A model generated the notes under the pieces. That model saw only the letters and a program-made list of their open reading frames with translations. It was not told where the DNA came from and searched no databases. A stretch of 64,000 bases of DNA from Lama glama (lineage: Eukaryota). This document shows, in pieces, positions 38,106 to 50,771 of this stretch (position 1 is the first letter of the stretch; each line of letters starts with the position of its first letter). The translations under genes and the position numbers were made by a program. The stretch spans positions 98,582,001 through 98,646,000 of the forward strand of contig CM052816.1 of assembly GCA_028534125.1 (NCBI GenBank), read 5' to 3'.

Positions 38106-38287
38106 TCAGGCCAGCTCGTCGGCGCACAGCGCGCTGACCTCCTGCAGGTAGCCGACCACGGCCGAGGGCACGCTGTGCGCCGTCTCTCTGCGCCAGGCTT
38201 CCAGGATCTTGGATATTTCCGCAGGATTGCTGGGACTCAGGTCACACAGAGCGTACACGGCTGCCAGCTGTATACCCCACGGTATAT
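38106..38287 (-). CDS. ICE1: ICE1 terminal coding exon, DIPWGIQLAAVYALCDLSPSNPAEISKILEAWRR...ALCADELA-stop
   Basis: Acceptor cttttcag|AT at 38287 and in-frame TGA at 38106-38108. Matches the ICE1 C-terminus as I recall it. Confidence 0.95.
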
Positions 38288-39059
38288 CTGAAAAGAGTTT
38301 TCATGTCAGTCAACAAGGAGAAAATCTTTGTTATTCAAAATGTCTTATGTTGTTAATCTACTGAAATACTACTCAAATACAGAATAATATCTGCCAGCAA
38401 TGAAAACCAAAAATTAAAAATAAATTCGACAATGAAAAAATTCATTTAAGTCCCTTCTACAAATAGGGAAAGAATCCCAAAACTAGAGCAGCTGGATACA
38501 GGTTCCTAGGGTCGCCCCGAGGGCAGAGAGAGCCGGGGTGGAGGGCACAGCCTGAAGCTGCGTCCTCTCGTGACCAGGCTTTCCCGCCAGTTCTGGAAGG
38601 ATCACACCCCACATGGTTAAGTTCTGACAAAATGCAGGCCCCAGAGCATTATCAGGTAAATGACTCCATTAAATACCCACCAGAAGTATTTGTAAGTGGA
38701 CTTTGGAAACGGAAACCAGCAAAGTAAGAGCAAACGAGAAGCTATTCTCACACCACACCTTCACACACTAGATGACTACTTAGCACATGATTACAGATCA
38801 TGGCATTTAACTGTAGACTGGGTTAGAGGTTACGGTATAGAGTTCTCATTTAGACTCTTGTAAGTGTATTTAGGAGTTACTTAATTCAAATTTAATTTTT
38901 TTAATTTTCGGAGTTATTCCATTAAAATGTATTATTAAGTATATACTGTTGGTGACGCAATACCCAACAGGGCAAACTACTACTACTGAAAAGCAGAGAC
39001 GCCGTCACAAAACCCACACATGCAAATGTAAAGCTGCCCTCCCCTAATCTGCAGGGCAG

Positions 39060-39510
39060 CGAGAGCAGCACAGGGCCGGCACGCGGTGCAGACGGAGACC
39101 CGGGTCTAACGGTAAGAGAAGCGGCGATTCACACGACTGCAGCCGGCGGGGGCGCGGCGCCCCGTGCAGGGCTGCGCGCCGGGCGCGGGGAGCCCGGCCG
39201 CGGGCTGGCGGCGCTGACCACCCCAGGCCTTAAGCCCTCTTCTCCTGGGGCTTGTTTCCTGTGCATAAAACAAGTCAAGACCGCCCTCGGAGGGTCGTCC
39301 TGGGGCTCCCGGGCTGCGCTGTGGGGCAGGGCCCAGCACAGGGCCTAACCCAGCGCGAGGCCCTGGCTCCTGGGAGCGGGCCCACGCTGCCGAGAGGGGC
39401 GCCCACAGCGCTGCGGGAAGACGCCCGTCAGCCGCTCGCTCTGCCGGCTGCTCTCTGATGGTGACACACGGTCGAGCCCATGAAAGGGGGCACTGTCGCG
39501 CGCACCCTCA
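39060..39510. promoter_or_regulatory. CpG-rich segment in the last ICE1 intron
   Basis: Dense CpGs (e.g. gccggcgggggcgcggcgcc...gcgcgccgggcgcgggg) next to AT-rich intron sequence. Confidence 0.45.
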
Positions 39511-40228
39511 GCAACTCTGCTAAAACCAAAGAGAAAGCAGTTCTCATCAGCTCGACCTGCCAGGCCTCGCCCTGAAAGCGGAAGACAAAGAACTTCCCAT
39601 GTGTCTCTGAAAGGAACAGGGCAACTGCATCACTCCTGGATCGCATAATATTCAAATAGAAGACTCATCACTTTGAGGGGCTACTCTGAGTTTTAAGCTC
39701 TTCCCACGGAAGAGTGAGCGTGTAAGAGCACATGCCGTGCGGCACATGAGGCAGAGGACGCCACCACCATGAAGGCCGCCTCACAAGGCATCCAGGTCCC
39801 CGCTGCCTCCCGATGCTGAGCAACGACCGCTGGCACTGCACTGGGGCCGTCGTGCGCTCCACACGTTTGGCCATCGCGACGCAGCTTCAGCCGGGCCCCT
39901 GCAGGTGGCTGAGGTCCAGTCACCCTTCGGGGTTCACGGGGCAGCAGGAAGAGAGCACCGACATGCTGAGACAGGAGGTCAGCGCTGGACGGCCAGCGAG
40001 CCCACCTCCTCGGGGAGGCGCTGCCCCATGGGGCACGCGGCCACACCCACCACAGGAAACCCACACACAGTCAGATGCCAGCGCCGAGGACGCAGACAGA
40101 CCGCCGCTCCCACAGTCACCCACTCCTCGCCCCCAGCAGAGACGCACGAGCAGGGCACAGCAGGAACTCAAAAGGAGGTTTAGCAAGAGGAACACAAATG
40201 ATTTAAAAATAATAAACGAAAGTTTTAC

Positions 40229-40327
40229 CTTCATCCTGGGCGTGCTGTATAAACATACCAATAACCGCACTAATATTTTTCACAGCAGATGGAAACCCCT
40301 CCTTCAAACCCAATTGGCCTAAACGAC
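40229..40327 (-). CDS. ICE1: ICE1 coding exon (99 nt; about exon 18), GRLGQLGLKEGFPSAVKNISAVIGMFIQHAQDE
   Basis: Acceptor ccctctag|GT and donor GAAG|gtaaaa. Translated by hand (not in the ORF track). Phase 1 to phase 1. Confidence 0.94.
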
Positions 40328-40889
40328 CTAGAGGGAAAAACAAACCAAAACGTAAACGACCTTTGGTTAAAGGTTAACTTCTCACAGGAATTTAAAGCTT
40401 ACGTTTTCCTTCATGTAACATTAGGTACATTAAGCTCCACGACGAACCCAAGCTAAAGTGGGGACCTATGCTTGAAAACAGGTTAAGGCAAAGCGTCAGG
40501 ACCCCGCAGGGCTCTGTTTGTCCCGGGCGGGGGCTTGCTGGCTACAGACTCACCACCGCTTCTGTTTTTCACACAAACAGACGACACACAGTGTGTTGCT
40601 TTCCCAGTTGTCATATAATTAATGGAATTCAGCAGAATGAATGGTTTCAGCAGGCTCAGTGTGAAACGACTAACGTCTGCTGGGTGGGGAGACGAAATGC
40701 AAGACGTGGCCCATCACAGACTGCGCGCTGCTGCAGCAGGGCCGACACAGCCGCCGCCCCCTGCAGGGCAGCAGCTCTCAGCTGCCTACGGACCCGGGAG
40801 CCCTTGAGGTCAGAGCTGCTCCCCCAGGATGCTCAGCAGTTACGTGCTTCCTCCCCGCGCCGAGATGTGGACTGACGGCGCGAAGGCGG

Positions 40890-41900
40890 CCATCAGGGCC
40901 GTGGCACCAGTGCTGCATGCGGGTCACTCTCCGCTGCCAGGAGCTCACAGTCAAAAAGCTGAGTCCACGTGGACTGTCCTTGATGAAGCAGTAACAGCGG
41001 TTCTTACTCACTCCAGACCCCCAGGCACGCGTCTGCCGTCTTCTGTGGATGGGCAGGCAGAGCAGAGCACCGGCCGTCTCCAGGTCGGCCCCGTGCGTCT
41101 GCCTCACTGCTGGGGGACTGGCTGCTCCTTCCCTGGAACACCCACTTCCACTGAAAGAACGACGGACAACATGGCTACCTAAACCGAGACAGACATTTTC
41201 TCAAAAACGAGTAGAGTGAACCTGTCATTGCAGGAAATGTATCACTGCTGTCAATGATAAAATCTGAGCTCTCAAGCAAGATTAGAATTTTGGAAAAAGT
41301 TCCATCAGCTCCCCTAAGCTTGACAGCTTCAAATACTTAAGATCTCTCTGATGAGATCGGTGAAGATGTTAACGTCTGTTCTGACATTGCTGACGTTCAG
41401 GAGATCTGTGCAAATCAGTACTTCTCACGGGAGCAGCGCACGTTACGAGGCCCTGAGTGGGCAGAGATCTCCTCGGTGTCAGCTAGACCAGTGGGTTTTC
41501 GGACAACAAAGGAGCAAAGTCCGCCGACAAGGTTTCGGCTTGCACACCGCCACCAGCCTTTAAGAAATTATCACTTGCTGAGTTCCACTGTCGAATGGAA
41601 GAAGAACATCCACAACTGCCTGAAAAGGCTGCGGAAGTGCCCCAGATCAACTGCACATCTGCACGAGACCGGATCCTCCTCAAATGCTTCAGTCAAAACA
41701 ACAGGCAGCCAGAGACCAAAGGCAGTGCAGCAACAGGAAACCAGCCCTTCCACTCACCCAGACACTGAAGAGGCCGGCCACAAGAAAACGTTCCATTCTT
41801 CTTTTCTTTTTGCTTTCAAAATAGTTATTTTCCATTAAAAATATCAATTATGTTAACATGAGTTTATTATTATTAATTTTAAATGAATAACTATTTTTCC
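40890..41900 (+). mobile_element. Charlie1-like hAT transposon relic in an ICE1 intron
   Basis: Degenerate transposase C-terminal dimerisation-domain peptides (FKKLSLAEFHCRMEEEHPQLPEKA; STAHLHETGSSS...KT, cf. TTYLCExGFS), followed by an AT-rich 3' end. Confidence 0.7.
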
Positions 41901-43569
41901 CAAGGCCCAGTTTTCACATCTGATACAACAATAAATGACACAGGAAACGTGGTGCACAAAGCTCTCCGGGGGTCTCAGATAGGACAGCCCCTCTCCCCTC
42001 AACCCCAGACGCCTGGGCCTTCCTTTGCCGAACAGCCCTGGGGGCCCCAGCCTGCTTCACAGCAGAAGCCTCTCCCCACCATCGCTCAAGGTCAGCCTCA
42101 CGCCCTCCTGCCCCTGGGAGGACTCCGGGCAGGACTCCAGGACAGAGCCTGGGTGCAGTTTTATCCAAGTCCTCGTCCCATGCTTTAGAGCAGCCTCATC
42201 CCACAGGCCCACTGTGCGTGTCCACATTCTCAACACTACAGACCCCCCACAGGTTGACGTACACCTGTCTGTCCACCTCATCTCTGGGTTGACTATGGAG
42301 ACACCGAGGCATGGGGACGCTAAAGGAATTTTAGTTCTCTGTAGCCCCTAAAGGAACGAGCTTAGTGTTAGTCAGCAGACAGCAGGCATTTCATTCAGTA
42401 AATTCCTACTGATCAGTGACTCCCTGGATAATTCCTAATCCAGGATGAAGCTGTAAACATCTGGATGATCCCCTAGGAAGTCTTGCACTGAGGTTGAAAA
42501 GAAATGTATTTCAGAGATCAGAAATTTCAAGGTACTGATCACTCTTAAGTAACTCCCTGCCATTAGATCAAAGTGCTAACTGCATGCCACCAGACCTGTC
42601 ATCTGAGACCATCTGTTAGGAGTATTCAGCACATGACTAACTGCAGGGAAAGGCACAGGGCGTATGCCTAATGCAGCTACGGGATCACTGGGCCGTGGGA
42701 AACGCACGTGCTTCCAGATGATGTATGACTGTGTGATGGCTCCCTTCCTTTTAATTAAAAATGCTTAATGGATTAGGTTCTGTAAGCTATCTAAGTTAAC
42801 AGAGCTATCAGAGATAAAATAAGAGGAAATCACGAATCTGAAACAGTACATGGTTTGGGTAAAAAGACAAATATGTTGGGAAGAGCAGTCCCCCTCCAGG
42901 AGGAGAGTGAGTGAGTCCAGGGCAGCTCAGCCACATGACAGCTCAAATGAGAAACCCGGAGCCAACCTCAGTGTCAAGCACAACACACTCCACACTCAGG
43001 AGGGCTGGGGAGGGAGGCTGGGAGATTAAAATATTCAAATAATTAAAACACTTAAGGTACTTAAACATTTAGAACACTTTTAAGCAACAATTTCAGTTCT
43101 TGTATGTTCAGCTTAGAAAATATGAAACAACAGGAGACTCGTTTCCAGTTGTGAAAGTGCAGCTGTGTTATCCTTACTGAGCAAGTAGGAAGGAGCCAGG
43201 AAAGATACCCTTACTTGATAAGTCGAATTAGACTATAATGTAACTTACAGCAGTTTATGGACCCTGGTGTGTATATGCAAGTGTGTGCATGCATGCGCAT
43301 TAAAACTAATATCTGAGAATCAAGAGTTCGACTATCAGTAAAATGCTCTAACATCAAAAATCTTAATCCATGGCAGAGTCAGTAAAACACTGATTTTTAA
43401 AGAAAGAATACGAGTGATGAAAGTGAACTTAGTGCAAAAGCACCTACTGTGATGGCTGTAAAATCAGCTACCACAGTGAAGTCTCAGTCACCAGATATTA
43501 CTACACACTTATCCTTCCACCAAGACATCATCAAGAACGAGAACAAATGTAACAGCACAGACCACTCAC

Positions 43570-43676
43570 CAATGAGCCTCAGGATCGATGCTATTATAAT
43601 GTCCGGAGTGTAGGCGATGTTTGCATGGCCTTTCCTGTACTTTATCCACTTGTCCATCACAGGCCACAGCTCCTTA
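43570..43676 (-). CDS. ICE1: ICE1 coding exon (107 nt; about exon 17), SKELWPVMDKWIKYRKGHANIAYTPDIIIASILRLI
   Basis: Acceptor ttacag|T and donor ATTG|gtgagt. Phase 2 to phase 1. Confidence 0.96.
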
Positions 43677-45459
43677 CTGTAAGACAACAGTAACACACAC
43701 ACATGTACGTGTGCACGTGTGTGAAAGTCTGCACACCCGCCAACACTCAAAACACCGAGAACTTATCTTAAAAATGGTCCATAAGAGACACACAATTAGG
43801 GAAGAGGAGGAACTTCTGCAGATGTGGCTTCTCAGGTTAACACGACAACAGACACTGGAGCTCACACACCCTCCAGCTGTGGAGGGTCCCTGTGCCCACG
43901 CTGGCTGGAAAGAGGCTACAGACTCCCATGCTTGCACTTTTATTCTGTTTTAACTGTTACAACGCTTTGCACTGAGATGCTGAATAACGTCCCCAAGTCC
44001 CAGCACTGGAGGTGGACCATCCACACTAATGCAGAAGCTGAGACTCCCTGGGAGGCTCAGGGACAAACAGCTGTATCTGTAGGAAGAACTAAACCGGGGA
44101 GTGAACCACACCTACACAGATTAAAGACACCTTCTACTGACTGGGAACAGTGGCAGTTCCTCTGTTTTGTCTTTCCAAAAATAATACGTACTAACTTCTC
44201 ATACAGTATTTATAATAGTAGAAAAGTTAAATACAAACAAAAATGTAAATTAACAGCACTCCAAATAACACATTCTCAGATAACTACCACTCTTCTAATT
44301 TTGAGCTTTTCTTGCCACATCCTTGGTGTGTGCACGTGTGCGGAAGACATGGTCAAAGTGACCACAGTGCTTAGGAATCAGAGTCTAGAGTCGCTTAGGC
44401 AGAGATCCTGAGATTCAACACTGTCCATACCACCAGCAGAGGGACCTTGGCCAAAGCATCTCTGACTGGCACCATCCCCCATGGTCTCATCTGTCACTGG
44501 GACGGAAGGGCCGCTGTCTCCTGTGCTCCCAGGAAGATGAGGCCAGGGTGGCCACCCACACACCATGGCACAGACAGCACTGAACACACTGTCCTGTCAC
44601 TTCCTCAGTAACAGACTGCAAAATGCTTTCATGTCAACACGGAAAAATCTGTGCATAGCTATTTATTCTAACATGGCTGCATCTCATTATAAAGATGCTC
44701 CATAATTCAATTACTTTTTATTTGACATTTAGCTGTATCATTCTCTAGTGTTGAGAGAAAAAAAAAAGAGAAAGAACAGATTTCCACAGAATATATTTGG
44801 CAGGCATCTCAAAGACAGAGACGTGCAATCCTTCGGTGAATCCTTTTCAAAGTCATAAATTCCTTTAAATCAGCCCTTCTCAGTCAAGGGTGTAAGAAAA
44901 TTAAGAACTCCAGAACATTGTTTGACTATTTCTCCATTCTCCAAAGATGCGACCCAGATAGATGCCGCAGACACGTCCATTCATTCCTAAGACGGAGGCC
45001 CGAGCGCGTCAGGCTCGGTTCTCTCCCAGAGCCCCAGGGAGAAGGGCGGCCAGCCCAGAGTCTGAGTATTTCCGTTCCTGTGGGCTCTTCCAGAGCATCT
45101 GCACGTTGAGATATGCCGACCACCCACTTGTGTGGGCGCTGCTCCCTCCACACGCTAGGGGGGGTGCCAATGAGCCCGAGTCCCTCCCGCCTGAGACTCA
45201 CTTCCTCCTTGGGATATGGTAATAACTGGTATGACGAAAAGCAGCGAAGGCATCACGAAAAAAATGAAGCAAGGGGACGGGACACTGACGCGGGTACCCT
45301 GAAGGGCAGTTCTGTTAACTCTCACCCAAATGAAAACGTCACCTGGAAATGTTTCAGCCGCCTTCAACAGTAAACACATTCAAACCACAACTCAGCTGTC
45401 ACTGAACAGACCCTGCAACCCAGGGAGCCCCACTGCCAGCCAGCCCGGTGGCCCTGCAC

Positions 45460-45650
45460 CTTATGATGTTGTCGTGGGTCCAGATCCACTTCTGATGGCA
45501 GCAGAGCAGGTCGATGGCACAGATGTACTCCCATGTGTTATCACTCAGGTCTTCCCCAAACCGCTCACTGGTCTGAAATTCCGTCTTTGGACATAACTGT
45601 ATGGTCAAAAGCAGCTTCGAAACCATGATGCCAACATCTATAGGCGCATT
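45460..45650 (-). CDS. ICE1: ICE1 coding exon (191 nt; about exon 16), NAPIDVGIMVSKLLL...WTHDNII
   Basis: Long T-rich tract with gctag|AAT acceptor. The donor AAG|gtgcag is weak. Phase 0 to phase 2, compatible with the next exon. Confidence 0.93.
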
Positions 45651-46299
45651 CTAGCAAAGAAAAAAAAGAGAAAAAGAAAACGTAGAGTTTCAAATATAAC
45701 ATACCTTATGGGCATCATCTCAGAGTATGACGAGCACTCGCTGAATAATCATTTACCTTTAAAAGACACCATTTGAAAGCTGTGTTGAGTAAGGAGCTAT
45801 GTTTACCTTGGTTCTAATACCTGGCCTGGCAGCTGACAGGCCAAACAAAAACGGTCCAGCAGAATGCAGAATCCAGTCACGTACAGAAGACACTGCAATC
45901 CAGATAGGAATGCAGACCCCCTTTAACTCAGATCAGAGAATGAGAGTTATAAAGTTAAGACATAATAAAAAATTTCTTAATTTTTAAAGAAATTTTAAAA
46001 TTCATTCTGTCATCTTTCTAACCCTAGATATCAATCTGCTTTTTCCAGAAACTGACAAAAGTGCATCGACGGTGCGGGACTCCCTCGTCTGGCTTGCTTC
46101 GTGCGTGTGCACGCTCTCCGACACGGCTCCACGCGCCTGCACGCACAGGCGGTCTGAACGTGCCTTCTGACTGCTGGGTAGCAGCCCACCAGGCGGGCGT
46201 GCCGCGGTGCGCCTGCGCACTCAGTGCTGACAGTCGTCTGGGTTACCTCCAGCTTTAGGCTGTAATGAGTGCTGCTGCTGTGAACACTCATGGATAAGC

Positions 46300-47460
46300 C
46301 TTCTGGTGGACATAAATCTGACTTCCCCTGGGTCCCCTTTTTTCTCGTGTTATTTTTCACTGGGTTTTGTTATTAAAAATGAAGACAGCTTTCAATCTTC
46401 TCTTACAATCTGAAAAAGACTGGAATTAGTTGGTTCTTCAAAGATTAGATAAAATTCAGGTGGAACCTATACATATGTCTTGTATACTAAATTTTTTATC
46501 ATCTTTTCTACTTTTTATAATTGAAAACAACTGGTTTATTCAAGTGCTCTGCCCCTAAAACCAGCCTTCATCATTTTTATGTTGCTAAGAAATCATCCTG
46601 AGTTCCCACGTCTGTCGCTATGAAGCTGCAGGCAGCAGTCCTCTCACTCTCCCTCCTGTGCCCACTTACACCCGCTCTCACTGCGAAACCCTGACTATTA
46701 TTGTTTTCCTCTTTTCTCATTAATCTGAACTGAGTTACCTGTTTCACTAGTACTTTTTAAAGGCAGTTTTTTTTTTGTTTTCTACTTCATTACTATTACC
46801 TTTTAAACTATATTCTTTTTTCCTAGATTCCTTCTCAAATTTTTAATCTATAAGATGATTATCAGCCAACTTTATTATATGTTTAATAATGGAAACATTT
46901 AAACTATTTTAATGAATGTAAAGTTTTCCAAAAACGAGAGATCTTTGGTATGAAGGGTTTTCCACATCAATGACTTAAAAAATTGATTTTACTCTTCAGT
47001 TTCTCTTCATTCACAGATTGTCTGAGACTGTGCATCTCAATTTCCAGGGAATTTTAATGAAATCTTTTCATTACTTATGTCTAATTTTACTGAATTTTTA
47101 CCAATTTACTAAGAGAATTTTGAGGGTAGACTCTTCACTTTTTAAATTTATTAAGGTTTTTGTGTGGCCAGAATCATGATTGGTCTTTGTAAATGCCATA
47201 GACATATGAAAGAATATAGCCTTCATTCAAGTTTACTTTCTATATGATTGAATTCCACTGTCTGTTGACTTATTTTTGTCTAGGACATCTGTTGAATTCT
47301 ATAAAAGAGAACTGAACTATAACGGTATTTTCCCCCAAATATTCCTCATTGTTTTTACAGCTTTAACTTTATATTTTTATTTGATATAGGCTAAATATAT
47401 TTATTAAAATTCTACCTTCTTCATAAATCATGTCTTTTATCATCAAATCACATCTGGCTT
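46300..47460 (-). mobile_element. Ancient L1ME-like fragments in an ICE1 intron
   Basis: Very AT-rich sequence with L1-like phrases (aatttattaaggttttgtgtggccagaatcatg...ttgtctaggacatctg). Confidence 0.45.
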
Positions 47461-48507
47461 CATTCTGAACGGGCCACAGGAGATGGCTCCCCTGCACAAG
47501 CAGGAGGACCAGGCAGGGGCAGAAGCGGCCCTGCAGGTCCCCTCGCGGTGGGGGAGGGTGTGTGTGGTGGCAGGTGGCCGCCGGCAGGACACAGGAGTGT
47601 TCTCCTAAGTGACTGACTGGACTGTGATGGAACCTCACACAGACACACTCTGGTTTGTCCAGATGGACTGATGAAGAGATTACAAACTTGCTTTTTAACA
47701 TTCCCCTAACTTCTGTCCACCAATAGCCCTTTGCTTTTCTTTTCGTAAGAAAATAAAAGTCTAATGAATATTAAACATCAAAAAGTACTAAAGGGAAGCA
47801 AACTGGCATATGAAATTCTACAATACGCATGGCCAGAGTTTTTTTTAAAAGAGGGAAGTCATACAATCACTAGAAAAGGGTAGAACAAAATGAAAGTCAA
47901 CCCCTTACTGACGTCAGTACCTCTTCTTAAAGTTTACCACTATCCACCTGGCATCCAGAGACTCTCGCTGGAGAAATCTATGAATGAAAGAACACCAGTC
48001 TAGGTACTAAATTAGCACCTCTGTTACTAAACAAATCAAAATGCTAAAAGGAAACAAGAAACACAGTATTTAGAACAAAGACAAGTTCCACCAACTGGAA
48101 AGAAAAACACAGAACATTAGACTCAGAAAAATCACAACAGGGAGGAGCTGAGATGCCATTTTTTTCACCTTCCTACCTACTGTAGAAGCAGACGATTTAC
48201 ATCTCCTCTCAGCCCACACATACACACTTGTGTGTATGGATTCCATTAGCCGTAAGTAGTACACAAACAAGCTCTGTTCAGTTAACACAGTACACAGGTC
48301 TACAATTCTTCCCAAAGAGTCTCATGCACAGTTAACGAACAAAATGCATAAGCTTAGACTAAAATGGCATTTTAAAGGATCTGTTATGAAGAACACTATC
48401 TCTAAAACGCTCATGAGCTAACACAAGACTAAACTTACAAAACTAAATGCTAACATTTACGTGAGCCCTGCAAGTGCAGTATTACAGAAAGCAAACAGAA
48501 ACCTCAC

Positions 48508-48668
48508 CTTTTCCCAGTTGAGGAAGGCTCGCAAGCAGTTCAGAACCTCCCCCTTTGCGCGCTGCCTGGCCACTAACTGCATCGCCTTGTTGATCACCGA
48601 CTGAGAGATAAACACATCATGCCACATGTTCGCGATGAACAAAGTCAGTTTTTCAGACTCTGGAAAAT
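48508..48668 (-). CDS. ICE1: ICE1 coding exon (161 nt; about exon 15), DFPESEKLTLF...AFLNWEK
   Basis: Acceptor tctcag|AT and donor AAG|gtgagg. Phase 1 to phase 0. Confidence 0.96.
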
Positions 48669-49472
48669 CTGAGAAGGAAAACAAGATAATAAACCTTTAT
48701 GTCTGATGAGGTGAGTGAAGTATGAACAATTTCCCCCTGTGTGATGCGAGGGGACCCACCCTGACAGGAGGCAGCAGGCTGAGTCCCGCCCTGTCGTTTT
48801 AAATCTGCTTCTCCCCAACCCCAACTCACCCTTTCCTTTGGGCAAACTTTCTTTAATCAGATTTGAAACACAACACGCGAGTATACATGAAAAGAGCAAT
48901 AAACCCCAAAGCAGAAGAGAAGACAAACCTCCCGTCTCTAGACCCCCGAGCCCAGGACCCTCCAGGTGGTGAGTGTCATTTCAGGCTGGGTTTTGTGCAT
49001 TTACCACAGAGCTCACTGGAAGACTGAAGAAACAGCAGGGAAAGGAAGAGCATCAAAGGACAGCCTCCCTTCCATTTCTCCTCGCAACTCTTCATGAGCT
49101 TATGAATCCAACTGAGTTTTTCCCTTTCCAGTTGGTGACACAGCAGAGTGGTCTGTCACTTAAAAACCGTTCCCTTATCTTGGGTCAGCTGTCACTGACT
49201 CTAAAGCAGCTGCAGAAGGAACGAAGCCAGAGCGGCAACGAGAGGGACGCGCACACACCCGCGGGAACGCCTGCGCGGACGTGAGCGAGCTGCAGCCACG
49301 GAAACTCCTGCTGGAAACCAGGCCCAGCTGGGTTTGTGGCTAAGGCTCTTCTGGCAAATGCACAAAACAACACGACTGTAAAACACACAGCAGTAACTTA
49401 ACCGGAAGTACAGATGCAGACAAAAACGCAGTAATACGTTCCTGACGCAAGCACGCCACCCTGTAAACATAC

Positions 49473-49641
49473 CCTCCTTGAGCAGGCTGTAGCAAAACAA
49501 GCGCGCCCTCTCCAAGTCCCCCAGCTGCCGGCAGATGCCCACGTACACCCTGCAGAGGGCGTGGATGTAGCTGTGCTCCACGGAAGTCTTCTGAGTTTTC
49601 AGTTCTGAGAGAATAGAGTGAAGCAAGCACTCTGCTAAATG
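49473..49641 (-). CDS. ICE1: ICE1 coding exon (169 nt; about exon 14), HLAECLLHSILSELK...LFCYSLLKE
   Basis: Polypyrimidine tract with tccag|CAT acceptor and GAGG|gtatgt donor. Phase 0 to phase 1. Confidence 0.96.
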
Positions 49642-50771
49642 CTGGATGGGGAAAAAGAAGAGAAAATGAAAAAGCAATGCTCACTGGTATTTATCTTCAA
49701 CCTACTGAAAAACAGCTAAGTTACAAACTCAAGTGCCTTTGGCCCCAGGGTATGAGCGGGCCCCAGCCCGCAGCTGCTGAGGCCAGTGGTGCCACGGGGC
49801 CCAGACGGCAGCTCCATGCACACCTGGTGGCGCCCGGGCACCACCGCCGCTCCAACACATGACAACTTCTTGGTTTTCACTGAAATAATCTGTGTGTGAG
49901 TGTGTGCGTTAAACCCACTCTAATTCTACTCCCATTCCTGTCTTCTGAACTCTAATGTACTCTGTGCATTTATCCTGTTTAGATCTTAAAATACTGGGTA
50001 TACTGGGTAGCGCTTTCCTTGCTCAGGAAAAGGAGCATTAAATAATTTCATACATGCAGTCATTTGAAAATAAACATCTTTTCAAAGTTAACTGTACTGC
50101 TCTCTATGCTTTCTGAAGGTAAGTATTCTAAGAAAAATAAGTATTTACACCATCGTGATTCCAAGGATGCACAGACAGCCAATAAAGTAAAATTCATGGA
50201 ACACTGGAAGTCTTCCACAGTATCAACTTGAATGTCTGGAAATTAAAAACCTACGAAAGTCCTAATAAACCGTGTATGTAAATCTGCACAATCCTCCCCA
50301 ACCCCTTTTTGAAACTAGACATCTGCTCCTGTTTGATTTGTGACACACATTAAGGGAGGGAGGGGGGAAACCCACACAATAAATTTTTCTGACTCTCAAA
50401 ACTCTCAAATGTGTGGACAACACTCTTCACAGAAAAGAAGGCTCCACTGCATAGCAATCTGACACCTCGAAGCAAATCATTGAGCCTTTAAACACGCCGG
50501 GATCGATGGGAGATCTGCATCTTAAGTCCTGATGCTTTTTTTTTCCTTTAAAATTTTAAGTTATCTGACGAACGCACATTATCAAATCTCCAATGTCCTA
50601 TCACTTCTCAAATGGATACAACGCTGGCGAGAAATATATGTTTACATGGCCAGCTGCCCACCTCTGAGATTAAACTTGTGTCAGCTTAAACTTGCCACTC
50701 CGCCCGCGGGAAACAGCCTGTTGTCTGGGGACCTGCAGTCCCCACGCTCTCAGAGAAAAGCAGCCACGTAC

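Noticed and set aside
43824..44411. 195-aa plus-strand intronic ORF (likewise 6543-7085 and 26402-26983)
   Set aside because: No protein-like features or homology that I can recognise, and the length is within chance range for this composition.
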